The position numbers and the translations under genes are program-made. A DNA stretch of 64,000 bases from Camelus ferus (taxonomy: Eukaryota). This document shows positions 24,801 to 39,400 of the stretch, piece after piece (position 1 is the stretch's first letter; each line of letters begins with the position of its first letter). The notes below the pieces were generated by a model. It saw only the letters and a program-made list of their open reading frames with translations, had not been told where the DNA came from and did no database searches. The DNA lies in the NCBI RefSeq assembly GCF_009834535.1, contig NC_045697.1:23190001-23254000 (forward strand). Reading direction: 5' to 3'.

Positions 24801-27800
24801 GCTTGTCATTGTTGATAAAAAACAAGGTAGAACTTTGTGTTGTCTATGGGAAAGTCATTTTAACATAAACACACAGATAAATTAACAGTAAATAGATGAA
24901 TAAATATATGCCATGTTAAAACTAATCAAATAAAACTGTCAGATGAAGTAAATTTAAGAAGAATAATACAAGGGAAAAAGAAAGTCACTTATATTAATAC
25001 AAATTTTAATTCATGGAAAGGATATAAACACACAATACTTGCGTTCTTATATACCAGCACCTTAAATATGTGAAGCAGAAGCTAATAGAAATTAAGTGGG
25101 AAATAAACAAATACACACTCATAGCTTGAGAAATCAACACTGACCTCTCAATGATTAAAAGAAAAAGTAGGAAGAAAATTAGTAAGAATATAACTGTGTT
25201 GAACAATACTATCAGCCAGATATACCTAATTTACATTTATAAAGTATTCTGTCCAACAAAATAGTCACAAATCATTTCAAAACTATTTAAATCATACAAT
25301 GTGTTTTCTCTGAACAAAGTTAAATTAAGTTCAAAATCAGTAACAGAAATGCATTTTTAAAATCTCCAAATATTTGAAAGCCAAGTAAAACAGTTCTAAA
25401 TCACATGTTGGTCAAATGACAGTTCAAAAGAAAACTTGGAATGTATTCTGATGTGAATGAAAATGAAAACTCAGCATATTAAAATGGGTAGGACGCAGTT
25501 AATGAAATACTTAGATGGAAATTTGGGGCACTTTTAGTAGACACATTACTATAAAAGAGGAAAGTTTCCGAATCAGTGATTTCAGCTTTCACCTTAAGAA
25601 ACTAGAAATAGAAGAGAATTGAAAAACAAAGGAGGCTAAGAAAAATAATAAAGAAGTTGCAACAGTTGCCTGTCATGGTCTCACAGATTTGAAAGGGGAG
25701 TTAATGACAAATTATACAGAATTAGAAATATAATATTGTACACATGAAACATAATATTATAAAGCAGTGTTAATGCAAAATATAAACAAGCAAATAAATA
25801 AATAAATAGATAAATTTTCTACAAAGGATAAATTGTGCTGGCATCCAATCACAAAGAACTGAGGCTAGAAGCTGGGCTTGGCAGGGAGCAACACCCAGGT
25901 TGAAACTGGAGAAGATATTTCATGATATGAATCCCTTTAATGTAGAGAGGAACTTTTGACTCTACTTTTGGATTTAAATGAGTGTCAGGTAAGTAGTATG
26001 CGTGCTCTGCTTCATCCCAAAGCCAGAGACAGGAGGGTACAGGAACTGAGTGTGAATGTCTCGTTGAAAGTGCGCTCGAACAGTGGTGTTGAATAGAATA
26101 AGCTTAAGATAACTTATTGGGAAACAAGAAGGAATAGTACAACTTCTATTTTTATTTATTTTTCATTTTTTTCCACATGTAGCTTCTATATTTCTGTACA
26201 TATTTTGATGTACACAATAGAATAATGTACTAGTCCATGTAAATAATTTTAAACACACATTCGCTACAATACATATTAGGTGATAATATTTAATATATAA
26301 TGCATAATATATTTATCAAATAATCACACATAATAAATTATTAAATTTAATGCAATTATTGTAATAAATAATATATAATAAATAACAACAATAATATAAT
26401 CACATATACGATTCTTTCCTTTCTTCTTTCTTTCCTTCCTGAATTTTTTTTCTTTCTTCATTTCTTTCTTCTGTCACAGATTTAGTTCTAATTCATCTTT
26501 CTAGCAGAAACCACACTGGTAATTCATATTTAGATTTCAATTTGTTTGATTCTGTCTGAAATATATTTGCAAAGCAATCTAATTCAAAACACCTCTAGCT
26601 TTTAAAGCTTTTCTCAAATTGTTACACATACTGTTATAAGTAATTTAAAAGAATATTGTAAATAATTCATCCTTAATAGGTCTTTGCAAACATTCAACTT
26701 AGTTTCTGTGGAAAACTCATCCATTTTATATCAGCATTTAACAATTTTGATGTTGGCATAAAAACCAGATAATAACTATAACAGATAATTATCTAACCAA
26801 ATAATTAGAACAGCAGCCACAACTGGCATAAATAGGCTCAGGAACAAATACTGATTAATATCGGTGAGTTTACAACTCATCTGTTCTGAGCAGACATGCT
26901 TTAAGTATTTGGAAGATTAGATAGTACTTGCTCTTGGTTGTTAGCAAGCCACAGTCTTTTTCAGGATATTTTTCTAAGAAAATAGGTGGGATTTGTTTAC
27001 TGACTACTTAATTAATCACCCCCTAGGAGGGTTTCTAATTTATTATTATTGGTATTAAAAAATTAGTATTAAAAAATCAAATGGATAGTTGTACCAAACG
27101 TTCTTTAAAATTCTTTCTTGTAGCATAATTTATATATCCATTCAATCATACAAAATTCAATTTATTGTTGATGAATGTATTCCCATATGACTATTTCATA
27201 GCAAGCTGATATAAAATTAGACAATAATGTGTCTTTTTATTATACAATAACATAATATCTCTAATGTTTGATCAGAATCAGGGATAAAACAAAGAAAGGC
27301 AATGAACAACTGTATTTAATAAATTGATTTGATTCAGTAATTCTTGATTTTTAAAGCTCTTTAGTTTCAAGGATATGACTATAAAATACATGTTCAACAT
27401 CCATAAAAAGGTATTTTTCTCTGAATGGGAGAATAAATCAGTTTTCTGCTTCTGGTAATATTCTTGTTCATTTTTTCTTACAAAATATGAAATAATGTAA
27501 TAAAACTCATTGATAAATGGCTCATCATTTTTAGTTTGGCAATCTTATTTTCTATGGAATAATTGAAAATGAAATGGTTTCACCTCAAATATATCTACTC
27601 TACAAAATAGGAGGATTATCCAAAAATGAGAACAATTTTTCTTCCTAATAAAGAAGAGTTATGTTAATAATTTCAAAAACAATAATATAGCTTAATTTAT
27701 TTATTTCTCTCACAATGGATGAATTTCTAAAGTAGGACAGTTTGTGTTTGGAGTGGTGGGGTGACAAAGACAGAGACAGAGAGACAGAGATTCTATATAT

Positions 27801-28486
27801 TAAGATAACATGTTGGTTGAAAATATAAATATTTTAATATTTATAATCAAACAGGTTTGGATTTGAAAGCTGGATTAAGAATTTAACTCCTTTTTATTTT
27901 TAATTTAAAAAATGGGTCTGTATATGATGAGTGATCAAAACCAGACTGTGTATCATAATAACACTGTGAGATTTTGAAGGCTGATGCATTCTTTATTCAG
28001 AAGGAACACACGTTTCAGGAATGAATCACTCAGGAGATAGAAAAGGAAAATTGCTCCCGGCCTTGAATAAAGAAAAGAACTTCCATTTTACTCCATATGC
28101 CCACTGTGAATCCTCTCTAGTTCAAGTCTTGGTTTGTTTTTGACTTTTTATTCTTTATAGTCCTAAAGATAAAAAGTAGAGGAGAAGGGGCAAAAAAAAA
28201 CCCTCTTCAGAGTTTAACTTATTAAGATCCTTTAACCAATTATCTTGCTTCAAGGATCTGAGTTAGACCTGAAGGTACTTAATCCAAAAAAAAAAAAAAA
28301 AGGGAGAGAGAGAGATTATAAATATTTGAAAACAAGTCTAGCTTAGTATATTCAAAACCAGAATAAAATTGAGCTTAACCCTTCTGGAGTAGAATGCTTT
28401 TAGCTTCAATATGTGACTGTTTAATATTTCATTTCTTTTGAGTTTGTGCTTTTTATGTCTAATTGGAAGAATACTTCCTGATGAGT

Positions 28487-28543
28487 TGTGTGTGTGTGTG
28501 CGTGTGCGTGTGTGTGTGTGCGTGTGTGCGTGTGTGCGTGTGT
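28487..28543. repeat. (TG)n/(TGCG) alternating purine-pyrimidine microsatellite
   Basis: Read directly from the sequence. Confidence 0.95.
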
Positions 28544-28889
28544 AGATCAATACAACTTTTTTTTAGGTGTTTAGTTTTTCATGGCATCTTTAAACATTCC
28601 TAATCACTACAACCTGAACTTTGCATAAAATGGACAACTTGAAACAACTTTTCTGGACATTGTTTTGACTCGAGTCATCTTTTCTCACTCATAACTCAGT
28701 TTCATGAAGACTTTCTGGATTTTTTAGGTCACTGACATCACTCCACAGTCTCATGGTTTATCTCTTATTCCTAGAATTCTATGAATATATTTGTGAATGT
28801 GACTAAAAAATTTTATGGTACCTTTCCATTTTTCTACCATGTCTTAAATTTTAAAAATTATATTAACACAACATGAATTCTAATACCAA

Positions 28890-29040
28890 TTAAACTGTAT
28901 TGACTTTTTATGTAGCAGGTATTATAAAAAGTGCTATCATAAACATCTATTTAAACTGCATAACAAAATCATGAAGTATTTATCATTTTGTAGATGAGGA
29001 AATTCTGTCTCAGAGTAAATAAGTAGTCTGATTAGGCACT
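28890..29040 (-). mobile_element. MIR SINE fragment
   Basis: Core motif CATTTTGTAGATGAGGAAATTCTGTCTCAGAG. Confidence 0.65.
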
Positions 29041-30064
29041 TTCACATATTAAGCTAAATTGCATTAATGAATCAACTGTGTTAATATCTCTCATTACAAA
29101 CCAATATTTTAAATCCTTTATTAATATCAATCATTATTATAAGTATACATATGAAATATATACATGTATGTAAATATCCTTCCTTCATACCCTAAACTTT
29201 GAGGCAAGACCAATGTAGTCACGGTGCACACAGCTGTACATTGATATTTTGAAAAATCGAATTCATTTTCATAAAGAACTTTGAAAATTGCTAATTATAC
29301 AAGTTAACAAACAAGTATCTACTTGTTTATACTATAATCTATATAATATGTTATATTTTAATTTCTTTCTGGAAATGCATTGTGAATCCCAATGAAGAAC
29401 TTATACCCTGTCCTCCTCATCTACTAATGAAAATTCCATACTAAGAAAGCATTAGTCTCCTCCTCACATTCCTGTAGTGAAGTTTTTTTTTTAATGGCGT
29501 GTTGTACAAACCTCATATTTTTCCTGGCAATTTATATTCTACTTTTGACATTTTTAGTTTATGCAATCACCACGTGGCTTGTCTACTTTGGTTATTATAT
29601 CCCCAGTGCTTATTACAATGCCTATAACATAGCAGGCATTCAGAGGTGGTTTACAGGTTAGCTTGCTGGCTCTACCCTCCTTTTGTTATAATTTCACATT
29701 CTTTGTTTTTTCTTTTTCCCCAGGCTGGGAAGGAAATGACTTGTTCTTACATCTATGCAGAATTCATACATATGAATATATATTATCATATATGTATATA
29801 CAATACATATGTAATTATATGTGTTTATATATATATTTTTCAAATTTGAAATTAGGATAAATAAGTATGAGGATACTAATTTATGCAATATTGCATGTTC
29901 AGTAAGTGGCTGAGCCATTAACATAATCTAGTCAGTCAATGCATTCTACCACATCATGGTCACAGATGTCCTATGCCTTACCATTTTCTTTTAAACTATG
30001 TTTAATCATGACAAAACCAATAATCAAGGTCCTGTAAGAGTGCATTCTCTGCCTGTAACTTGAT

Positions 30065-30068
<4 letters not shown>

Positions 30069-30103
<35 letters not shown>

Positions 30104-30152
30104 TATCTATCTATCCATCTACCTATCTACCTACCTACCTATTTATTTATCT
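30069..30152. repeat. compound (CA)n-(TCTA/CCTA)n microsatellite
   Basis: Read directly from the sequence. Confidence 0.95.
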
Positions 30153-30164
30153 AACAAATGTATA

Positions 30165-30600
30165 CCATATTATTTTTGCCAAACCATGTGTTCTAGTTGT
30201 GAAGTGTACAAATGGAATCAAATTGTTTGCAGAACACTCCTTGAGGCTTACATTTTTGCAAAAAATCTTGGCAACAAGCGAGTTTAAAATGTTATAGAAC
30301 GTGAAAAAACAGCACAGTGTTTCTTGAGAGAGAATATTGATTGGCAGTTCTGTCAGTAGCTACTTTAGATAAGGTGGTAAAAATGTCATTCTCAGGAAGT
30401 GAAATTTAAACAGAGACATAAAGATGAAGAATGAGCCATCAATGATGGGAAAAAAATGATGAAAGGTGGAAAAAAATTGAGGCAAATGAAACAAATAGAC
30501 CATGTAAATTATAAGACTATAATATTCTAGAAAATCTCAAAAGGCTAGTCTGTCCAATACATATCAGTAAGTAGCAGTGTTGCAAGAAATTATGTTTGGC
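30165..30600 (-). mobile_element. LINE-2 fragment
   Basis: TACTTTAGATAAGGTGG..CTCAGGAAGTGAAATTTAAACAGAGACATAAAGATGAAGAATGAGCCA. Confidence 0.6.
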
Positions 30601-30619
30601 TACTATATATTTGGAAATC

Positions 30620-33600
30620 TGTCTAATCTCATTAGCAATTAGAAAAATGTATATTAAAAACAAAATGAAATAATTTGCATTCAGAAAATTGTCTACATTT
30701 TAAAATAAGGCTATATAATGTCAAGTTTTCATGAGATAAGCAGCGATCTTGTATAATGTTGGTTTGAACAGACATCTGTTGCAAGCTCTTTGGTAAACTA
30801 CTTGGGATTATGTGCATACTCTAATGCAGTAATTCCACTAAGGGATGTATACCCTAGAGAAACACCTAACAAGAGAGCCTTAAGACATATCCAAGAATGT
30901 TTAACAGAATGTGGCCTAAGACACACCCCAGAAGATTATTTAGCAGATAGTGTAATTAGCACAAATTTTCATTCACAGGAAGACACATAAAGGTATCTTG
31001 GTCTCTTAGGGCATTGGAATATTTATAAAGTTTAGTAAAAGACCACCACCATTTTAAACTAAAAAGTAAACTTCAGAAAATATCAAGAAACTAGAAATAA
31101 ATCTATGAAATGGTGTGCCAGAATGATACACTGCAAACTATAAAACACTGCCACAATAAGTTAAGTAAGCTATAAATAAATGGAAATGTTTCCTGTTTTC
31201 ATGGATGGAAAGATTAAATATTGCTCAATGTCAATTCTCCACAAATTGGTTTATAGAATGGATGTAATCTCAATCAAATCCTAGTAGATCCCAAAATTCA
31301 TAGAAAATTTTTTTAAAAATCTGAAATTTTGCAGAACAACAAATTTGGAGAAACCATCTTGCACTTTTAAATTTTGTACAAATCTAGACCAAATAATACA
31401 TAGCACTACTGGCACAAACATATAAGGATAAGAGAACAGAATAATGTCCAGAAATAACCTGCCTACACCTATATTATTAATTCATTTAAGACAATTTTGC
31501 TACTGTGATTTAGTGGAGGAAGTAGTTTTTAAAATAAATTATGCTGAAATAATTAGATATCTGTATGGAAAGCCAAATAATTTGACCCCTACTTCACACC
31601 ACATGCATAAATAATAGCAGTCACTTATGAAATAATCAGAAGACATAACAAAAAAAGAAGGTCTCAGGTATAATAATGCATGCAAAAATACGCTTTAGTA
31701 AATGCAACTGGAAATGTACAGGGCTACTGGAAACTTTTTTTTTTCTTTAATTGGAAGGGAAAAATAGAATTCAACAAATGAAAAGACATACTCCATTTTG
31801 GATTTGAGGACTCAAAGTATTAGAGATTTCAATTCTTTTTAATTTATGATATGTTTAATGCAAATGTGATTTTTAAAATTCCAAGAGTTTTTGAGTGAGA
31901 AAAAAATGATTCCAAAAATGATGTAGAAAAGCATGTAAGAATAGTTTTTAAAAATTCTTGAAAAAAGGAGAGCCTTGAGAAGATATTAATGCTATCAGAT
32001 TTTTAAAAATGTAATTTCATTCTATTAAACAAATGTGATACAGGTATGGATAAAACAGACAAAAATAAAACAAAGCAGAAAATTCAAACCATGGAAAACA
32101 TACACGAGGGAAATTAGTTTAAGTGTGCACTCTAAGTCAGGAAGGAAAAGATGGATGATTTAATACATTTGATAGAAATAACTGGATAGCCAGTTGTGAA
32201 AGAAGAAAGAAAGGAAGAAAGGATGGGAGGGAAAAAGAAGGCTCTATCTTACTCTGTTATTCAGGATAAATTTTAAACGATATAAAAAATTTTAAAAATA
32301 TATAAAAACATGCAGAACAAAACCTTTGTAATCACGAGTAGGAAAAGCTCTTCTGATTATGAATCAAAATACAGAAGATAAAAGAGATGGATAAATTCAA
32401 AAACATAAAATCACAATTACAACAAAAGCAACTAAAACTCAATCCAATTAAGAAAAATTGTTAAACATATGAATAGACAATTCAAAGAAGAAAATCTTAC
32501 AAATGGAAATATATGGTTGTCACTAATATTAAGCTAATGACACTTTAGTATCATCAACACAGGGAAAGAGTTTCATATGCTTTTTGATGTGTCCCCAATC
32601 CCCCATCTCCTTTGAAAACACATAAAAGACTATTCTTGCTAACATATGATAAAAATCAATTGAAAAACGAAACAATCATCCAAAAGAAACATGTGCAAAG
32701 AATATCCACAGATATTTCAGAGAAAATCTACAAATTTTGCTGATCTTCTCATTAGAAAAAGTTCTCAGCTTCAATCATAATAAAAATAAGTAAATTAAAA
32801 TTATAGGGCAATACTATTTTCCACTTATAATATTGGCAAAAATTAAAAGCTTTGAAGCTCCAAGGATAGACTACTTGGCAATAGCTATTAATATTTCAAA
32901 TGTAGGGAAAGTTTGACTCAGCAAGTCCACTTATAGAAAATTTTTGTTTTGAAATATTCATACAGGAACAAAATGCCATAAGCACACACTATACTTACAG
33001 CATTATTTTCTGAATATGGAAACAGCTTCAATGTCCTTCAGTAGATTAATAGTTAAATAAATTATGCTTATTTATTTGTAAGCAAAATTGAATAAAATAT
33101 GTTTCTCTAAAATCAATGAGAATAGGGATCTCTGTGTTGTGATAATTAACTAATATAATTCCCAGACAAATAGATCTAGGGAGAAAATTATATAATCAAT
33201 CTTTGTAGATGACTCAAATCCTGTCAAAATAATGTAAGACCTCTTCTTAATTAAATACATTTGTATAAACATTTGGATAAAAATTAAATAAAAGCAAAAG
33301 CATACCCTACACCAGAGTAGTTCCAATGTTTGAGATCTGGGTTTTTTTTTTTAATTTTTTTCGTTTTTGTATACTTTATTACAGATAAAACAATCTTGCT
33401 TGACAAACTAACAGGAAAGACAAAGAAAACAGGAGAGGATTCTTAAATACCAAAGAGGTCAATAAGCCTTTAAAACTAACTCACAAAGGAAAGGCAATAG
33501 AATAAAAATAAATAAATAAATATACACAAAACCAGTCACTTCAATTACATTTAAATAAATAGTCTGAAAATGAAAAATACTGCCTGCTATGTCAGTAAAT

Positions 33601-35400
33601 AAAAGATGCTTCAGCCGTCATCGGCCACTTCATGCCCCTGACAGTAAGCTGAGGGGAAATCAGGATGGAGACAAACAGGTAGCCCTGCCTCCCTCACCCA
33701 CAATGGTGCACCCTCAGGGAACTCTCAGGATGGGAAAGAACAGGATACTGGTCCTAGGTACTAGGGGCACATCAAAGGAATAATTTCAGTGAGCCCAGAC
33801 TTTTGCACCTTCCCATATAGAAAAGAGCTAAATTCTTTAACTTGAGATATCTAGTTTTCTTTAATTAACAGTAATCTTTTGATGTTCCAGACTACCTGGT
33901 CTTTGTTGCAAAACCTCCTACATGTCCTGGCTCTTCCTTGCCTGTTTGGAGCAGATGTGGGAGAGGCTGCATCCTGGGCTGAGGTCCTCAGAAACGTCCA
34001 CTGAATAAAACACAACTCTCAACTTTTAGGTTGTGCAGTTTTTTAGTAACAGTAGAAATAGTTTCATGACAAAACGCCATTGAAAAAATAGAAAAATAAA
34101 ATGGGATTAATATTTGCAACATATATCAAAGAAAAGGACTAATTATAAAATATAAAGAACTTTTCAAATTAAGATAACAAAATTTAAAAAATTGAAAATA
34201 AAAAAACAGCATAAAACTAAAATAGTTTATAGAAAAAGATAGATATAATGAGTTAAAATATTCAATCACTCTCATAATGAGTATAAATTTTACTGCACTG
34301 AGATGCGACTATCAAATGAATTAAAATGAAAATGTTTAATAATTTTAAAACATGAAAACATCTTATATATTTAAATAAAAATCACGTTCAAACATTGAAA
34401 TCAATCTGAAACAATTCAACATAATTTTATATTATAATTAGAATAAAGCATACTAGAAAAAATTAATGGAAGTGTTTTATATTAACTTAACTATATTAAA
34501 ATAATTTTTTGTGTAGCAAGTAAAACATCAATAAGGTAAAAAAAGGCAAGCCACAGCCCAGGAAGCAATACTCAAAACACAGATCATCAAAAACCAACCC
34601 TATCAAAAAATAGCCAGAAAGACAATATGTAGAAGAGCAACTCTGAATAACAAGTAAATATACGGGAAAAAAAACCTTCAAGTTAGCAAAAATTTACAAA
34701 GATATTAATTCACAATCATTTTAATGCCAAAAAATGTAAAGTTCCCAAATGTAAAGTATCACCAACAAGAAACCTCATATGACAATGATGTATTGGTATA
34801 ATAGTTAAAATATTTGGAGAAAAATTGGAAAATATTTAGTAAGTTTTAAGGTACACTCTAAGTTTGTTTTGAAGTACACAAATGTGGCAATACATTGTAG
34901 AATGGTTTATCAAGAGTGTAAGAGTGGCAAAAACTTAGTGTTTATCAGTAGGGATATGAATGTAAAAATTTTGGATACTCATATATTAGAATACAATACA
35001 AGATGGATTAGAATAAACTAAGCAGATCTATGGGTATTGACATAAAAGTATCTTACAATATGCATTTGTATAAAAAAAGGAAGGTGAATGATACAGGGAG
35101 TGTAATATATTTGTGTAAGTTTAAAAATAAAAATATAAAAGCTATTTACAGACATGGAACTATAATAACTCTTAAAAACGATGGGCCACAAAAATAACCA
35201 CTGCCTTCTAGCGAGAGAAGTAGAACAATTAGATAATGGAGTCAGCTAGGGGTATCATGAGGATAAAAGGCTATCCTTAGCCTTTTATTTATTTTAACCC
35301 ATCTTAAAGAAGCATAGCAACATATTAACATTTTAACGTCTGGTTGGTATACGCATCTGTGTTTGATACTTTACTTTATACTATTTTTAAAACTAATAAA
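30620..35400 (+). mobile_element. cluster of highly decayed old L1 (L1ME-type) ORF2 and 3' UTR fragments
   Basis: Repeated L1 motifs: TAAATAAATGGAAA..TTTCATGGATGGAAAGATT (31.2 kb), AACAAATGAAAAGACATACTCC (31.8 kb), TATGAATAGACAATTCAAAGAAG (32.5 kb) and ATATTTGCAACATATATC (34.1 kb). Interrupted by the LTR at 33590. Confidence 0.65.
33590..34051 (+). mobile_element. solo ERV1-type LTR (MER34/MER39-like)
   Basis: TGTCAG...GTAACA termini and a 3' motif GAATAAAACACAACTCTCAACTTTTAGGTTGTGC. GC-richer than its flanks. The TSD is not perfect (GCTA/GTAG). Confidence 0.8.
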
Positions 35401-36676
35401 AATAACTCTGAAGTTTCATACAGGTTTCTGGGAAGATTGCTAAGTGCTTTATGGAGATGTTTTTATAGAACAGCCCCACTAAACCTAAAGGGTGAATCTC
35501 TGATTAATTATTAAAGCAAAAAAAACCTGACAAACGTAATGAATTTTAAATATCTAATGGTACCGTGCAATTTTGTTACCTTGCGGTTCCAAGCTCTTTG
35601 ATGAGTTGTGAAAGCTGTTTCTTGTACTGATATCAAAGACTCAGTTATTTTTAAATGATGATATTCTTGATCTGTAAATTTTTTTTATCCTCTTTAAATC
35701 ATTTTAGGCCTAAAATATCCTTATGAAAAACAGTGTAAATCTTCATTCTGAATTTTTTTTAAGGAACTCATTTGTCTTTTTCTAGCTTTCTAAATATGAC
35801 TGCAATTTAATAACCCTCATTTGATTTTCTTTTATTGTTTTCTTAGGTCATTCTAAGTGATGGATTGAGACTTTCCAGATAATACATGCAATTTAAAGCA
35901 TACACATTTGAAAAAAAAATTTATATTAAATAATCATAGTCTAGAGTTAATGTGTAATATTTTAACCTGTGATTCTAAGGTTATCTTTAGTTTATAGAAT
36001 TAAGTATTTTCTTCTCTACCATAATAATTAGATGTATATAGAAAATAATCTATGTCATACAGAATAGTGATGGCATTCATTATACAGAAACATTTAGAAA
36101 AAATATTGTTCAAAAAATAGTCTCAAGTTATCATTCAAGTAACAACTGTTCAAGTAGTAGAATGTTGGGTAGATATTTTAAAAAGTGTGATAAGTACTAT
36201 TTTATTCATTTTCTGGTAATGAGGAACAACATATTAAAGATTACTTCTTCATGTTATAATTCATTATTTGTATAGAGATTTTATTATGTTCCAGTCAGGT
36301 TTTAGAAAATTGCCTAAGTCTTTAGGTTAACATATATTACATTTTTTTTTCTGTTTAAGAATAAAAAACAAAACCTCCCAATTGCATTTTTTTGTGTGTA
36401 GAATATCTATCTTCAAGATAGGATACAAAATGCTTGTTTATTTATTTAGGTTCACTTTCCAGGACACTCCATCATTTTTATTTCATCTGGATTCAATTTA
36501 TGTGTTGAAAACAGATTTTGTAGGCAATTTTTGTTTGTAGTAATTTTTTAGCTAGTTGTTACAGAGACTTCCAGCTGCTCCCTGAAACCCACACTCTTTT
36601 TTTTTTTTTTTTAAATAACAAGCTATGTTACATTTCTCTCTCTTTTCTGTTATTTATTGCTGAATTCTAGCCAATG

Positions 36677-37238
36677 TGATACAGGAAAATGGGACATGAG
36701 AAGATGGCCATGTCCCAGGTCCCAGGCAAGTCCCCTGGGACACACCCTGTCAAGCGAGGGTCCATGGCTTCATGCAGGAAGGAATTCAAGAGTGAGCCAC
36801 AGTTGAGTAAAAGTAGATTTATTCAGAGAATGCACTGCATAGACCGAGTGTAGGCCACCTCAAAAGGCCAGAGAGGCCACGAGGTGTGGAGTTGTTAGTT
36901 CTTAAGGGCTCGGTTACTTCATATACTAACAAGTGGGAGGATTATTCCAACTACTTGGGGGAGGGGCTGGGGTTCCCATGAATTGGGCTGAAACCCTCTT
37001 TTTGACCTTTGATGCTTAGCCTTGGAAACTGTCACGGTGCCTGTAGGAGTGCCATTTCCCATGCTAATATATTACACTGAGCAAGCATATAATGAAGCTC
37101 AAGGTCTACTGGAAGTCAAATCTCCCACCATGTTGGGCCTTAAGGTCTATTGGGAGTTGAATTTTCCATCATCTTGTTGCTAATTGCTATGTCATTCTTT
37201 TAATGGCTGTGCCCTGCCCCCCCTTCCTCCCTGTCTCA
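36677..37238 (-). mobile_element. solo ERV1-type LTR (MER4-group-like, 562 bp)
   Basis: Termini TGATAC...GTCTCA (TGAGAC..GTATCA on -) and a perfect 4-bp TSD AATG (36673-36676, 37239-37242). AATAAA on - at ~36820. Confidence 0.9.
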
Positions 37239-37692
37239 AATGGATTGTGGGTAGAAGTGACACTATTCCATAACAACTTTCAATACCCATTTTACCGTGC
37301 TTTTTACACCTCTTGTCAATGGCTGGAATTATAAGTCCCAGAAGAAACCTTACTGTAAACTTTAAACATTTTATATTGTGGAAAGCATGACTAACTAATA
37401 TATGTATTTTGCAATTTAATTTGAAGGGTCTTGCGGGGGAAAATTTAAAAAATAAGACACACACATAAACACATACATCCAATTTTCCAGTCATTCATTA
37501 TAGAAGATTTGAGGAATGTTTACTTTTATCTACCACAAAAATGTTTTTTCAGAAACACTGGGGATATAGTAAATATAATCACTAAGGTGTTTTAAGACGT
37601 AGCACCTGACCTGTTGTGAAGCGTATGTTGATATATTTAAGCCATGTCATAAGACTTCTGCTTTACATATATAAAGACTACTGTATGCATAT

Positions 37693-37752
37693 ATATATGA
37701 GGAGGATCCACTGCCATATATATTTGGGTAGTGGGTCCTCCAACTCATATGT
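37693..37752 (+). other. stem-loop / inverted repeat, pre-miRNA-sized
   Basis: GGAGGATCCACTGCC (37701-37715) pairs with GGTAGTGGGTCCTCC (37727-37741): 13 Watson-Crick pairs plus 2 G-U. An outer ATATGA/TCATAT stem follows a 3-nt bulge. Function unknown. Confidence 0.6.
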
Positions 37753-39184
37753 CTTTTATTGTGTGGTGATTCTGGCTTCATTGTTGTAATCAACTTGAGG
37801 CAATTTTATTCTATTATCCAGCTAGAGTGGATGAGTGGATCTTCAGGTCATATCTAACTCCTTATGAACCTAAAACCCAAAAAACCACAGCTTCAACACC
37901 ACTTACCATTATGCATAATTTATTCTAGGAAATGGTTTTGTGCATGCCAATGTGTTAGTACTAAATTTAAAGAGTTCTTTTATCTGTCATTGCTATAGTT
38001 TTGTCACTGGGTGTATAACAGAGGTGGCAAGGCACAAATCATGATTTCTCATACCATCTGGATCACAAATATAACATGTATTTATTGCAGTTAGGCATTT
38101 CCATGGCTCACCTTTCACTTAGATATGAATATCTTAATTAAAACTGACAATGAAACTTAGTTGTACTACAGACTAAATCCAATTGCTGTATTGAAATGAA
38201 ATATATTTAAGGTCTTTCTTTTGATTATATTTTGCTAATTAAATCAAATGCAATACAGTGTAGATGTTCTGTTACAAAATACCACATTGTTCAGCAGATG
38301 TAAAAACTCCTTCTTTTCAAGGTCCTTGAAAAGTACAATCAAGGCATCATTTGGATAATGACTTAAGAGCAACAGGACTGCTAATCATATCTATTTTATA
38401 TGTATCCAATCATTGCAATAATAACTGTATTATTTGGTGTGCAGAATCCAAATAGCAGTTCATGGTATGGTAATAGTCATTTTAATCTTTGATGTTCAAT
38501 CAGATGTTTATAGGAATATAGTCATTTCATGTTTTTATTGTTTATATGGATATGTAATTTCTTCTTATTTTTACTCATTCCCTGATCTTCTGTTAAGCAT
38601 ACTTAATAGTCACTGCTGAAATTCCTTTCCATTGTATGGATTACATTATATGCTTTAGGCACAAAGAAAGAGAAAATAATGGCTCTCTCAAATAGTTATG
38701 CTTCTTGTCTCCAATGAATGTAAGATAATTGCATTAAGAAAGAGAAACAAAATGTTGTGCTTTTAGCAACAGGAAATGGTTATCATTGTCCAACAAAGAA
38801 TAAAATAAGCTGTGTAGATAAAGACTCTGCCTTGATCCAACATAAATCATACACAACTAACACATTTATCCTAAACGTCTTTGAGAATAGATAATGGATT
38901 CCTTGTTTGATTGAAGAGCTGGAAAAAGGTTAAGCTGTATTGTAGTAAAAGCATCAAAAATAAGAGTCTTTTGTTAAGAACACAAATTGTGTTTAACTTC
39001 TCTTTGTCAAAACATATATGTAATGGCATGGGCTAGATCTAAGGAAAATATTTATTTCCAAATTAAACATGGATTAATTAGGTAGTGATTGATTACATAT
39101 ACACACACTTTTATTTGTATGTGTAAATATTTTTAAAAAGGTTGTAGGAAAAACTTATTTATCTACACAAATATTTCCATACAC

Positions 39185-39400
39185 ATATTTTCCATAAGGC
39201 ACTGAGCTAATTTATGCACATGTGTTATTTTAAATTTCTCATTACAATCCCATAAAGACAGGCCAACATAATTTTACAAATGGAGAGCCCATGATTTAAG
39301 TGGGTTAAGTAACATACTCAAACTGACTAGCTCATACATGGCAAAGCAAGGAATCAAGTTAAGACTGTCTGACCATCCAGTCAAAGCTTGTGAACACTTA
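39185..39400 (-). mobile_element. MIR SINE
   Basis: AGGCACTGAGCTA...ACAATCCCATAAAG...ATTTTACAAATGGAG...GGTTAAGTAACATACTCAA...CTGTCTGAC. Confidence 0.7.

Larger units (their letters stand above)
22150..25660 (+). mobile_element. old L1M element (5' region, ORF1 remnant, ORF2 endonuclease remnant) hosting nested insertions
   Basis: 5'-end motif ACTTCTG...AAGATGGAGTAAC. ORF1-like CACTGACTAGGATTAAAAACAGATTAGAC. EN-region DNA at 24.8-25.65 kb (CCTTAAGAAACTAGAAATAGAAGAG). Confidence 0.7.

Noticed and set aside
25986..25994. Perfect plus-strand donor CAG|GTAAGT
   Set aside because: Isolated 9-mer with no convincing upstream acceptor or ORF. About one such match is plausible by chance in a window this size.
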